A stretch of 64,000 bases of DNA. Source: an uncultured Candidatus Saccharibacteria bacterium (GTDB taxonomy: Bacteria > Patescibacteriota > Minisyncoccia > JAHISW01 > Tagabacteraceae). Below, one piece after another: positions 1-9,822 of the stretch (its first letter is position 1; every line of letters starts with the position of its first letter). The notes under the pieces are model-generated. The model was not told the origin of the DNA and ran no database searches. It worked only from the letters and a program-made list of their open reading frames with translations. The stretch is from contig CAZRMW010000001.1 in assembly GCA_964601305.1 (NCBI GenBank), positions 135,450-199,449 on the forward strand, written 5' to 3'. Both the position numbers and the translations under genes were made by a program.

Positions 1-898
1 TTAACTCTTTGTCTCCATAATGTTTTAAGTATTCTTTCCATATTCCTTCGCAGTAATCAAACAGTTTGCACCCCTTACACCGCTCCGTTTTTTCGCGCCC
101 CACAACTTTTCTAGAATTTTCGACATCTAAGTTCTCAAAATCTGGCGCCAGATGTTCAGTTTCAAATGTTTGCACCTCTCTAAGTTCACTTACATTTGTT
201 AAATAATTTTTAAAATGACAAAGCGGTACATACCTAATATTCCAAAAAAAATTGCCCTCTTCGGATTCGGACGAGTTTTTTGTTAAATCTAGACACTTTT
301 TAACATAAGGCGCCACTTTAGATATTTTAGGAACTAATTTTTTAAAATTATCGTGCGCTCCCCCGTAGTTTGGGTCTACAAAAATAAACTCCGAAGTTTT
401 TATATTATTATCTAAAATAAACTGCCCTATTTTTGGTAGAAATTTATAGTTTTGTTTTACAATAGTTGTGTTAGAACCAATTTTTTTAAAGCCACATCTT
501 TTAAAATTTTCTAATCCCTTTTGAAGTTGACTAAAACTTCCCTTTGATTGAGTTAATAAATCGTGTAATTTAGAACTATGTCCATGGATAGAAAAAATAA
601 CATCGGTAAGACCTGCATTTATAGCTTTTCTGGTGTATTCAAGATACGAAAACATTCTCCCATTTGTAGCCATAGAGATAGTTTCAAACTTTAATCCCCG
701 AGCAAAACTTATAAGATCAAAAACATCTGGCCTTATTGTAGTTTCTCCTCCAATAAATTCGATATACGAAGTGCCTCTTTTTTTTGCTTCTTTCATTTCT
801 CTTTTTATTTCCTGGGTTGTTTTATTTCTTAAATCTCTTTTGTTTGAATCTATACAAAAAGAGCACTGATTGTTGCACTTATAACCAGTAATGATCAC
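1..898 (-). CDS. Radical SAM protein, 3' end running off the left window edge; paralog of 912..1760
   Basis: Reverse complement of 841-898 reads VIITGYKCNNQCSFCIDSNKR (CxxxCxxC). Reverse complement of 2-58 reads DYCEGIWKEYLKHYGDKEL, the same C-terminal Cys motif as the neighbouring rSAMs. No stop codon before position 1. Probable GTG start at 896-898. Confidence 0.7.
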   Translation of the reverse strand, partial: MIITGYKCNNQCSFCIDSNKRDLRNKTTQEIKREMKEAKKRGTSYIEFIGGETTIRPDVFDLISFARGLKFETISMATNGRMFSYLEYTRKAINAGLTDVIFSIHGHSSKLHDLLTQSKGSFSQLQKGLENFKRCGFKKIGSNTTIVKQNYKFLPKIGQFILDNNIKTSEFIFVDPNYGGAHDNFKKLVPKISKVAPYVKKCLDLTKNSSESEEGNFFWNIRYVPLCHFKNYLTNVSELREVQTFETEHLAPDFENLDVENSRKVVGREKTERCKGCKLFDYCEGIWKEYLKHYGDKEL

Positions 899-911
899 TG
901 TTTTTTTTATT

Positions 912-1760
912 TTAGAGTTTAAATTCTTCCTCGCCATAAAGATTTAAGTAATCCTTGCTAATGCCACCACAGCTTGTTTTATGTTTACAATTCTTACATA
1001 ATTTTATTTTTGTTTTTTGTAGATTTTCTTCAAGACACGGAAAAGCAAGCTCTCGATACTCTTTTGGAAAAACGCACGCAGGGTATTCTACAAACAAAAA
1101 CTTCACACCACTATGTTTATCTTGGCATTTTATTAGAGCTGGGACAACATCGCTCATCTTGGCAACCATTTTTTTAGAGGACCCAATCTTCTTATTTATA
1201 GGCATTATATGCCCTATATTTATTTCTACTACGCCAAGGCCAACAAAAAAACTTACTATTTCGTAAAGTTGTTTAAGATTTTTTTGAGTAACCATAATAT
1301 TAACAACCAAACTTGTTTCTAGTTTTTTATACAAAAGAATATTTTTTATTCCAGCAAGAGTTTGCTCAAAACTATTTTTGTCCAAAGTGTGCATGTCGTG
1401 CATTTTTGCACTATTTCCCATTACAGTAATTACAATTTGATCCGATCCACTTTTGAGAGCATTTTTAGCAAAATTTTTATAAGCAAACATTCTGCCATTT
1501 GTAGTAATACTAATATTCTTAAAATCCAATTTTTTTGCGTACAAAATAAGCTCAAAAATATCTTTGCGCAAAGTTGGCTCTTGCCCCATAAAGTTTATAA
1601 AATCAAAATTCTCTCTTATCAGTTTCATTTCTCTTTTAATCTCTGCAGTCGTTTTTTGTGAAAATTTTCTATCTGCTTCAAAACAAAAAATACACCGGTT
1701 GTTGCACACATAGCCAGCATAAACAAAAGGGCTCTTGCCTACTGTGTAATAATTATCCAT
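912..1760 (-). CDS. Radical SAM protein with C-terminal CxxCx5CGG auxiliary-cluster-like motif
   Basis: CNNRCIFC (CxxxCxxC), FMGQEPTL (GGEP-like), C-terminal CKNCKHKTSCGG...Y. Confidence 0.8.
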   Translation of the reverse strand: MDNYYTVGKSPFVYAGYVCNNRCIFCFEADRKFSQKTTAEIKREMKLIRENFDFINFMGQEPTLRKDIFELILYAKKLDFKNISITTNGRMFAYKNFAKNALKSGSDQIVITVMGNSAKMHDMHTLDKNSFEQTLAGIKNILLYKKLETSLVVNIMVTQKNLKQLYEIVSFFVGLGVVEINIGHIMPINKKIGSSKKMVAKMSDVVPALIKCQDKHSGVKFLFVEYPACVFPKEYRELAFPCLEENLQKTKIKLCKNCKHKTSCGGISKDYLNLYGEEEFKL

Positions 1761-3636
1761 GTTTTAGTTCTTTTATTTCTTTATCCCCCTTTTTTTTAAA
1801 ATAAGGTTTTGCTAAACCGCCACATTTATCAAAGTATACACAACTCTTACAAACCTTGGGTTTTATTTTGTATTTATCTTCGTATATGTATCCCTTCTTT
1901 GTTTTACTTTTGGAAACACGCTCTGGACCAAACCCTTTTTGATTTATATCTTCATATCTGTTTTGAGGAGTGAAAAAAGTTATATTTTTTATATCGAAAA
2001 CTTCTGGTTCAAAAATACAAAAAGGAAAATCAAAAATATCTACCTTATCAAAATGTTTGGAAAATTCTGATATTTTTTTAAACCCCAAAGATAAATCCTT
2101 ATACCCCACAGCTATATTGTTGTAAGCGCTAGTTCCCCTGCCATCTGGAAGAAGTTCTAAAAGATGCCATTCTCCAACACCCAAATCTCTTAAAAAATCT
2201 GCCATCTCCAAAAGATGTTTGTAGTTCATTTTCGAAACAACTGTATTTATTATTACTTTCACTTTTGGATTTTTAATAGCGTTTTTAACCCCCGAAAGAC
2301 ATTGCTTAAAAGAGCCTGGCGTTCTTGTCATTCCATCGTGCAGCACTTTTTTGTGCCCATGAAGAGAAAAATTTATAACCCGAAGACCTTCATCAACACC
2401 TTTTTTAAGAAAATAATCGTAGCCAAACAACCGACCATTTGTGGTTAATCGAATATCGTCAAAACCTATTTTTTTTGCCCCCGAAACAAGATTAAAAAAA
2501 TCTGATCGTATACTCACCTCTCCACCAATAAATTCTATTATTCTATATCCATCTTTATAGGCTTGTTTTACATCTTCTAATATTTCTTTTGTGCTTCTGT
2601 TTATATTTCTGTCTGAAACTGTTGTACAAAAAACGCAATTATTATTACACGACCAACCAGTAACCGCCAAAAAAACTTCTCCTTTGTTTTCAGTTTCTGT
2701 TTTTTTTCTGCTGACAACAGGTTTTAGTTCATCTGCCCCGTAGATTGAAACATAATCTTTCCAAAGTCCTCCACATCTATCGTCAAAAAAACATTTCTCA
2801 CAAACAGATGATTTTATTTTTGTTTTTTTATGAAATTTTTTAGAAGCAAGTTGATATCTTGTATTTTGATTTGCATCAACAAGACCAACATTTTCCGGCT
2901 GATCTAATTCTTGTTGATCAAGTAAAACATCTTCATATTCACTTAAAAAACACAGCGGCACCGTACCACACGTACTTAAAGAAAAATTTATTTTTTTCTT
3001 TTTGCATAAATCTAGAGCCTCTTTTAAATATGGTTCTACCTTCGAGAGTTTTGGAAAAATATCCTTATTCTTTAGAGCTGCGCCAGCAGGATAAATAAAA
3101 GAAAAAGTAATATTTTTTATTTTAGGAAAATTTTTATCAACAAATTTCACAAAGTCTGGCAAATACTCATAATTGTATCTAGAAATAATATGGTACAAAG
3201 AAACATCTTTACATTCACAAGACAGCAAGTTCTCTATTCCTTTTATTGTTTTATCAAAAGAATTTTTCGTGCCAGTAATTTTTTCCGAAATATTTTTTTT
3301 GTGTGAATGAAGCGACACTGAAAAAGATGCAGGCAATAATTTTTTTACCAAACCCCTATCTGCCAAAGAAACTCCGTTGGTTAAAATGTTAATTTTTTTA
3401 AAGCCCAGACCCACGGCAAAACCAACAAGCTCTTTGAGGTCCTTTCTCAGGGTCGGTTCTCCGCCGTCGAAGTAAATTTCATCATATCCTTCTTTTGCCT
3501 TTTTTTCTAAAATTTTTTTAGATTGACTCGTATTTAGAAGCTTGATTTTTGGCTCATCGCCCCCCCGCGCACAAAACAAGCACTTTTGATTGCAATTTCC
3601 TAAACTAGCAAAATATATTTTTTTTGTACTTTTCAT
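1753..3636 (-). CDS. Fused tandem double radical SAM protein (two rSAM cores, each followed by a CxxCx5CGG motif)
   Basis: CNQKCLFC near the N-terminus and CNNNCVFC around residue 330. FDGGEPTL and FIGGEVSI. CEKCFFDDRCGG mid-protein and CKSCVYFDKCGG at the C-terminus. Confidence 0.8.
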   Translation of the reverse strand: MKSTKKIYFASLGNCNQKCLFCARGGDEPKIKLLNTSQSKKILEKKAKEGYDEIYFDGGEPTLRKDLKELVGFAVGLGFKKINILTNGVSLADRGLVKKLLPASFSVSLHSHKKNISEKITGTKNSFDKTIKGIENLLSCECKDVSLYHIISRYNYEYLPDFVKFVDKNFPKIKNITFSFIYPAGAALKNKDIFPKLSKVEPYLKEALDLCKKKKINFSLSTCGTVPLCFLSEYEDVLLDQQELDQPENVGLVDANQNTRYQLASKKFHKKTKIKSSVCEKCFFDDRCGGLWKDYVSIYGADELKPVVSRKKTETENKGEVFLAVTGWSCNNNCVFCTTVSDRNINRSTKEILEDVKQAYKDGYRIIEFIGGEVSIRSDFFNLVSGAKKIGFDDIRLTTNGRLFGYDYFLKKGVDEGLRVINFSLHGHKKVLHDGMTRTPGSFKQCLSGVKNAIKNPKVKVIINTVVSKMNYKHLLEMADFLRDLGVGEWHLLELLPDGRGTSAYNNIAVGYKDLSLGFKKISEFSKHFDKVDIFDFPFCIFEPEVFDIKNITFFTPQNRYEDINQKGFGPERVSKSKTKKGYIYEDKYKIKPKVCKSCVYFDKCGGLAKPYFKKKGDKEIKELKHG

Positions 3637-3637
3637 T

Positions 3638-4534
3638 TTATTTTTTTACTGGAACAAATTCGCTCCAACCATAAAGCTCTGGGTATTCTTTCCATGGACC
3701 TTCGCAAACTTTAAAGTATTTACATTTTTTACAATTTGGCCCTTTTGTTTTTCCTTTTGACACTCTGTATTTTGAATAATCTTTCACTGCAAATCCAGCG
3801 TCGTATATGCTAGTTTCTGGAATAAAATTTTCAGCAATACAATTTTCGTAGCCCCCCATTAGACAATACGGTATAGCTTCTGTAGAGACAATTTTACCTG
3901 CCTTAATGCCTATATCCAAAGCTTTTTTCACAAAAGGCATTATTTCTGATTTTTTAGGAGTGATCCATTCTCTATTTTCCCAAGCCGTACCACCCAAATG
4001 AATAAAGGCAAATTGGAACTGATTTACCCCTAATTTGGTGAAAACCTTAGCCATTTTCACCAAATACCTATAATTTTTCGAGGTAATCACCGAATTTGTC
4101 AAAACATATTGCCCCAAATCCTTTAAGTTTTCTATACCCCGCAAAGTCTGTTTAAAGCTTCCTTTTGCTCCCGTTAAAAAATCATGTATCTCAGCTGTAT
4201 GGCCATGAAGAGAGGGGGAAAATTCTGTCGCCCCCGCATCAACAGCCCTCCTGCAAAAATCTTTATACGCAAACATCCTACCATTTGTCTGAATTTGAAT
4301 TTGTTTAAATCCAATATCTCTAGCTAAAGAAATAACTTTTAAAATATCTGGGTGCATACATGGCTCCCCTCCTGTAAAAACAACTTCTCTTTTTCCTTCA
4401 GCAAAAGATTCTTTTAGGGACTTTTCTATTTCTTTTATATCCTTGTTCGCGCGAAAATCTCGCTTCTTGCCCTGCACACAAAACAAGCAATAATTATTAC
4501 ACCCAAAACCTATTTTTATATCTACTCGTTCCAT
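3638..4534 (-). CDS. Radical SAM protein (same family)
   Basis: CNNYCLFC, FTGGEPCM, C-terminal CKKCKYFKVCEGPWKEY. Confidence 0.8.
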   Translation of the reverse strand: MERVDIKIGFGCNNYCLFCVQGKKRDFRANKDIKEIEKSLKESFAEGKREVVFTGGEPCMHPDILKVISLARDIGFKQIQIQTNGRMFAYKDFCRRAVDAGATEFSPSLHGHTAEIHDFLTGAKGSFKQTLRGIENLKDLGQYVLTNSVITSKNYRYLVKMAKVFTKLGVNQFQFAFIHLGGTAWENREWITPKKSEIMPFVKKALDIGIKAGKIVSTEAIPYCLMGGYENCIAENFIPETSIYDAGFAVKDYSKYRVSKGKTKGPNCKKCKYFKVCEGPWKEYPELYGWSEFVPVKK

Positions 4535-4535
4535 A

Positions 4536-5654
4536 TTAATTTTTAAAATATTTTTCTTCCCAAACCAAGTCCTGATGTTTTTTAAAAAATTCAGGATTTT
4601 CTAGCTTTTTATAATACTTATAGCACTGCACGTCTGGAACAAAAAGTTTGCCAGCATAACAGTATTTTACACAAGGCGCCCCACCAAAACAAAGGTCGAA
4701 ATTACTACATTTTTTACAAAAAATATGCGCATTGTTTAAATTTCTTAAATCTGCCAATTTTTCTGATCCGAAATAAACATCTTTCATTGTATCTTTCTTT
4801 ATATTTCCCAATTTTATAGGAAGCCTTCTGCAAGGATAAATATCCCCATTTGGCATAATCACCATTATTCTCCCCTCTATTATTCCACAATAATTTTTTA
4901 TGGATAGTTCGCCCATCTCAGAGTTAAATAGGCCACTTTCACATCCTGTGCTTATTCTGAGAGAACTTTTCTCTTTAATTAAACTTTTATTGGCTTCTAA
5001 AACCTGCCTATAAAAATTTTTAAGTTCTTTTGGTTCTAAAATGCTATTTTTAAGTTTTTTCCCTCTTCCCCAAGAAATAGGCCTCCTTACCCCCAATGTC
5101 GATACCCCCATACCACCTAGTCTTTTTGCTAGAGCAGGAACATCTTTTATATTTTCTTTTGTTAAGGTTAGCGAAACCACAGTTTTTATGTTTGCATCCA
5201 CCAACATTTCTATTGCTTTTAAAATTTTTTTAAAAGATCCTTTGCCTCTAATTTTATCGTTAGTTTTTTCTTCTCCCTCTAGGCTTACTTGACAAGCTAC
5301 AATATTATAATCCTTCAGCTTTTTTATATTTTTTTTTGTTAAAAGAGATCCGTTTGTAAGAAGTGCCCACTCAAATAAATCCACATTATCACCAAGACTC
5401 CTCGCAAAATTTAGAAAATCTTTTCTTATCATTGGCTCCCCTCCTGTAATATTTATCCTGGCAAATTTTTTGGACAACCCCCATTTCTTGATTAAAAAAA
5501 TGTACTGATTTAAAACCTTCGCAAGCTCCTTCCTAGACATTTCCTTTTTTATAAAATCTTTGTTTTGATAACAGTGCCCACACCTCCAGTTGCACCTTTC
5601 TGTAATGTGCCACTGCAAAGTAAAAGAAGTAGGTTTTAAAATTTTATTAGACAT
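4536..5654 (-). CDS. Radical SAM/SPASM-domain protein
   Basis: CNWRCGHC, ITGGEPMI, Cys-rich C-terminus (CGIIEG...CRRLP...CKKCSNFDLCFGG...C..C...C). Confidence 0.8.
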   Translation of the reverse strand: MSNKILKPTSFTLQWHITERCNWRCGHCYQNKDFIKKEMSRKELAKVLNQYIFLIKKWGLSKKFARINITGGEPMIRKDFLNFARSLGDNVDLFEWALLTNGSLLTKKNIKKLKDYNIVACQVSLEGEEKTNDKIRGKGSFKKILKAIEMLVDANIKTVVSLTLTKENIKDVPALAKRLGGMGVSTLGVRRPISWGRGKKLKNSILEPKELKNFYRQVLEANKSLIKEKSSLRISTGCESGLFNSEMGELSIKNYCGIIEGRIMVIMPNGDIYPCRRLPIKLGNIKKDTMKDVYFGSEKLADLRNLNNAHIFCKKCSNFDLCFGGAPCVKYCYAGKLFVPDVQCYKYYKKLENPEFFKKHQDLVWEEKYFKN

Positions 5655-7015
5655 TAAAGATTCTTTTTATTAGCTAGTGGATCTTTTTTGAAATAATCAC
5701 CATAAAACACCTTGGACGCTTGCCTACTTCCTCCTTTGCATTTAGAAACAAAAAAACATTTTTTGCATTCTTCTGGCAAATAATTTAAACTGCGGATTTT
5801 TTTTAGAAATTTATTTTTCCATACTTTTAGCACACTTGAAGTATCTCCTAAATTTTCATCGATAAAATAATGTGGTTTGTAAAACCCTCTCGGATCGACA
5901 ACAATTCTTGAATGTCCGTCGTCGGCAGTTGCGCCAACAGAAATACTACTCAATTTATTTGTATCTTTAATTGCACAAAAAGGAAGAGAGTTAGCTAAAG
6001 CAATAGGCATATCTAGTGTTTTTCTTATTTTAAAAATTTTTTCTACAAAAACTTTTACTAATTTAGAGTCTAAGATATTTTCTCCCGATATAGGAATTGG
6101 CCTATAAAACTCCCACTCATCAATGGGAAGTTTTTCAATAAAATCAGCCATATTTTCAAGATTTAAAATATTTTCTTTTGTAAGCACTGTGCCAACACGA
6201 ACAGTTTTTATTCCACTTTCTTTCAAAAATTTTATAGAGATTTCTTTCTTTTTTAAAACCCCTTTTCCTCCTGTAATTATATCCTCTTTTTGGGGTAAAT
6301 AATTTTCTATTGGGATTAAAATGTTGTCGACAAGTTTTGCTAAATTGTCTGCCATGGCTTTGTTTACCAAAATTCCATTTGTGTTTAGCCTTACTTCATC
6401 AAATCCCCTATTTTTTGCATACTTAAGAATTTTAAAAATATCTTTTCGTAAAAGAGGCTCCCCTCCAGTAAACCTGACTGTTTTTATTTTTGAACTATAG
6501 ACATCGTCTATAATTTTTTTTGTTTTCTCAAAACCCAACCGGGGAGACTTTTCTCTTCCACAAGAGGCAAAGGAAATTTTATTAAAACAAAAATTACACC
6601 TTAGATTACACTTTGGCTCTATTTCTATCATTACTTCTGTAGGTAAATCCAAAATAGGACTAAAGCCATTCTCCCTATAGTATTTCAAGTATCCCTTCGG
6701 GAATCCTCCACAAGATTTGTCCCACTTACATTTTTTGCAACTTTTCCCTTTATCTCCAGAAAAATTATCAAAAACGATATGGTCAAGAGAATTTGAAGAA
6801 ACCAAGCAATATGGAAAATTCTTTAAAATAATTTTTATCTTGCTTTCATATTTATTTAAAAGATTGTAAATAGATTCGAGAAGTTCTGGAAAAGACGGTA
6901 AATCAAGCAAGTTTTCTGCCAAAATAATTTCTAAGTTTTCTGATCTACTTTCAACAGCAATCTTCGCCAAAGAATCTATTGTTGAATAGTTTTGTTTGTC
7001 TATTTTATATTTCAT
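5654..7015 (-). CDS. Radical SAM protein with an extra N-terminal domain carrying the family CxxCx5CGG motif
   Basis: N-terminal CKKCKWDKSCGGFPKGY, central CNLRCNFC, FTGGEPLL, C-terminal CKKCFFVSKCKGG. Confidence 0.75.
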   Translation of the reverse strand: MKYKIDKQNYSTIDSLAKIAVESRSENLEIILAENLLDLPSFPELLESIYNLLNKYESKIKIILKNFPYCLVSSNSLDHIVFDNFSGDKGKSCKKCKWDKSCGGFPKGYLKYYRENGFSPILDLPTEVMIEIEPKCNLRCNFCFNKISFASCGREKSPRLGFEKTKKIIDDVYSSKIKTVRFTGGEPLLRKDIFKILKYAKNRGFDEVRLNTNGILVNKAMADNLAKLVDNILIPIENYLPQKEDIITGGKGVLKKKEISIKFLKESGIKTVRVGTVLTKENILNLENMADFIEKLPIDEWEFYRPIPISGENILDSKLVKVFVEKIFKIRKTLDMPIALANSLPFCAIKDTNKLSSISVGATADDGHSRIVVDPRGFYKPHYFIDENLGDTSSVLKVWKNKFLKKIRSLNYLPEECKKCFFVSKCKGGSRQASKVFYGDYFKKDPLANKKNL

Positions 7016-7653
7016 TTTCTCAAAACTCTAAAGTTTTCTTCATCAATAATTTCTACAACAGTAGAAGGTCTCTTTTTAGGCAACTCGCCAACATCCAAAA
7101 TTAATATATCTGAGGGAAAATTATTTTCCTCTCCAAATTGATTTAACAGCTCCTCTACGCTATAACACACCTCCCTACCAGATAAATTGGCGCTAGTTCC
7201 CACAAGTGGATTATTCAATTTAGAAAGTAGTTTTAAATAAAAAATATTTCTAGGAATTTGTATACCAATTGTTTTTAATCCAGGATTTAGACTAATAGGT
7301 ACGTTGTCTTTCCTTGGTACAATAAATGTAAATATTTTTTCTTGTTTTTTTTGAAGTATTCTTTCAACCAAAAAACTTGCCTTTCCATAAGTATTAAACT
7401 CTTCTACATTTTTGACTGTTATAAAAAAGGGCTTACTATAATCCCTGTTTTTAAACTGATAAATTTTTTTTATTGCATCTTCATTGTTCATATCGGCACC
7501 TATGCCATAGCAAGAATCTGTAGGATGCACAATAAGACCCCCTCTCTCTATCACCCCAATCGAAGCTTTTATTGCTTCATTTACTTCTTTCTCGTTTTCT
7601 TGATTTATTTTTAAAATTTCCATACTCATATCAAAGTGTAATGTTAGGCTCAA
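7012..7653 (-). CDS. YrdC/Sua5/TsaC-family (threonylcarbamoyl-AMP synthase-like) protein
   Basis: HPTDSCYGIGAD resembles the PTDTxYGLG signature. About 210 aa. Shares a 4-nt overlap with the downstream gene. Confidence 0.65.
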   Translation of the reverse strand: MSLTLHFDMSMEILKINQENEKEVNEAIKASIGVIERGGLIVHPTDSCYGIGADMNNEDAIKKIYQFKNRDYSKPFFITVKNVEEFNTYGKASFLVERILQKKQEKIFTFIVPRKDNVPISLNPGLKTIGIQIPRNIFYLKLLSKLNNPLVGTSANLSGREVCYSVEELLNQFGEENNFPSDILILDVGELPKKRPSTVVEIIDEENFRVLRK

Positions 7654-8668
7654 AATTTTTGAATTTTATTTTGTATTTATTTTGGTAATAGGCCAAGCAT
7701 CCAATCATTGCAGCATTATCTAACCTATATTCTTTTTTTGTTGGCTTTCTTAAAATAATTTCACCCCTTATTTTATTTTTGATTTTTTTGTACAAATCTT
7801 TGTTTTGAGAAAGTCCACCAACTAAATGAACCTCTTTTGCTTTCTTTTTTTTAGCTAGCAAAACTATTTTTTCAGAAAGTATTTCGTTTAATGATTCTTG
7901 AAAACTTGCTGCCACGTCTCTGGCAAAAGATCTGCTAATCCTTCCTGTTTTTCTTTTTTCTACCTCTATAAAAAGTTTAATTTGCTTTAAGAAATTAAAA
8001 AAGTTTAAATCTGTCAAATCTCCTTTGTAATACTTTTTGAAATTATATTTACAGGGATCCCCTTGCTCCATAATCTTTATAGCATTTTTAATTCCATCTA
8101 CATCGTCTCTGGAGGGCTTAACAACCCCTAAACTCTTTCCAACTGCCCTAAAAATTTTTCCAACACCTATAAAAGTTTTTATTCCGGCAATTTTTTTAGT
8201 TTCCACACTTCCACAAAGAGATTCGAAACTCTTTATATTTTTGATCAACGCAAAATCGCTATGGCTTCCAGAAGCAGAAAAAACTAATATTGGAAAATTA
8301 AAATCTTCTGGTTTTCTTTCGATCCACGAGGAATAATTGTGAGCCAAGATATGATCAACTTCCACGACGGGTTTTTTGTAAATCTTTCCCAACAACTTGG
8401 CAAACGATAATCCAACCAAAACGCAGTTATATATACCAGACTTTGAACTGACAGCAATAGCATCTATTTTATCCAAATTTATATTTTTATTATTTATATT
8501 TTTTAGCAAAAACTCTAAATGTTTTTTGGGGAGCAATTGAATAAACTCTCTCCAGCTCTTTGTTGGCAAATACCCTGAACCAGTTTTGTTAAACAAAACT
8601 TCTGTTCCATTTTCTACTATAGAAATTGCGGCACTAAAACCAGTTGTATCAATTGCTAAAATTCTCAT
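7631..8668 (-). CDS. Kae1/TsaD(Gcp)/HypF-type ASKHA-fold protein, divergent
   Basis: MRILAIDTTG start, HILAH (HxxxH metal motif), SASGSHSDF resembles SGGHT. About 345 aa. Immediately follows the YrdC-like gene. Confidence 0.55.
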   Translation of the reverse strand: MRILAIDTTGFSAAISIVENGTEVLFNKTGSGYLPTKSWREFIQLLPKKHLEFLLKNINNKNINLDKIDAIAVSSKSGIYNCVLVGLSFAKLLGKIYKKPVVEVDHILAHNYSSWIERKPEDFNFPILVFSASGSHSDFALIKNIKSFESLCGSVETKKIAGIKTFIGVGKIFRAVGKSLGVVKPSRDDVDGIKNAIKIMEQGDPCKYNFKKYYKGDLTDLNFFNFLKQIKLFIEVEKRKTGRISRSFARDVAASFQESLNEILSEKIVLLAKKKKAKEVHLVGGLSQNKDLYKKIKNKIRGEIILRKPTKKEYRLDNAAMIGCLAYYQNKYKIKFKNFEPNITL

Positions 8669-9822
8669 AACAATTCTTTAACTACTTTATTTCTCTTAAT
8701 TTTTCCTAAATTTAATTTTAAAAAACTTTTTTTCATTTTCTTTGTATTTTTTAAAGCACTTTTTACTTCTTTTTTAAAAATATTTTTTGAATCTTTGTCT
8801 ACAACTCTAGCCACACCAACATTTTTTAAAAATTTTGCTCGTTCATATTGTTCTTTGCTGTCTCTGTCTAGCGGAACTAACACTGATGGCACCCTCGCCT
8901 GCACTATTTCATTACAAACATTATAGCCCGCTGTAGATATTATTAAACTAGACAAAGTAAAAAGTTCGGGTAAGTTTTTTTCAAAAGATATTAATTTTAT
9001 TTTTAGTTTTCTTCTTTTAACTTCTTTTTTAAGTTTATCTAAATATTTAAAAGAAGGCCCCACACAAATAATCATTCTTGCTTTTGTTTCTTCTTTTTTT
9101 ATTTCTTCAAAAATTTCCACAGTTCGCTTCGCTACCCAAAAAGGAGACTTGCAATTAGCATTAACTATTTCTCCTCCACCCCCCAAAGAGACGGTAATTA
9201 AAAAATCATTATTTTTTATTTTATATTTTACTCTGCATTCACTTATATTTTTTTTAGAAATACTTTTTACTATACTCCCTGAAATAAAAAATTTTTTGTC
9301 TTTTTTAATATTTTTAAATTCTTTTTTAGATAAAATTCTAGCGACCTCTTCTTCACTATGTGGAATAATAATTTTATCAAACTCACTTAAAATTTCACTT
9401 CTTTTTTTTAAAACTAATTGATACTTTTCTTTGTCAGCTAATCTAAAGATTAACACCTTTTTTATATCACCAAACTCCGAGTCTAATATTTCAAAAGGGA
9501 AAGAAAACCCAAACAAAAAAACATCAACCACTATAGTATCTGGCTTGTGTTTGTAGATAGTTTTAATAAATTTTTCTCTATTTTTTTCCTTGGTTTTTAA
9601 AATACTTTTTCTTCCTTTTTTAATTAGACCATCTGAGGCAGGAGTAAGCCGTACAAAGGAAATATTGTTTTCTTTCAAAAAATGTGGTGATTTGCTTAAA
9701 GTGGCAAACAAAATATCTGTTTTTGGTTTTTCTTTTTTAACCAAATTAGCCAAAAGAATTGATCTTCTTAAGTGCCCTAAGCCAACACTATTTGAAGCAT
9801 AAAATAAAATTTTTTTATCCAT
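8665..9822 (-). CDS. GT-B fold glycosyltransferase-family protein (MurG/PseG/SpsG-like)
   Basis: N-terminal FYASNSVGLGHLRRSILLANLV matches the PseG/MurG G-x-G-H..R motif. C-terminal STAGYNVCNEIVQARVPSVLVP resembles the MurG C-terminal domain. Confidence 0.5.
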   Translation of the reverse strand: MDKKILFYASNSVGLGHLRRSILLANLVKKEKPKTDILFATLSKSPHFLKENNISFVRLTPASDGLIKKGRKSILKTKEKNREKFIKTIYKHKPDTIVVDVFLFGFSFPFEILDSEFGDIKKVLIFRLADKEKYQLVLKKRSEILSEFDKIIIPHSEEEVARILSKKEFKNIKKDKKFFISGSIVKSISKKNISECRVKYKIKNNDFLITVSLGGGGEIVNANCKSPFWVAKRTVEIFEEIKKEETKARMIICVGPSFKYLDKLKKEVKRRKLKIKLISFEKNLPELFTLSSLIISTAGYNVCNEIVQARVPSVLVPLDRDSKEQYERAKFLKNVGVARVVDKDSKNIFKKEVKSALKNTKKMKKSFLKLNLGKIKRNKVVKELL

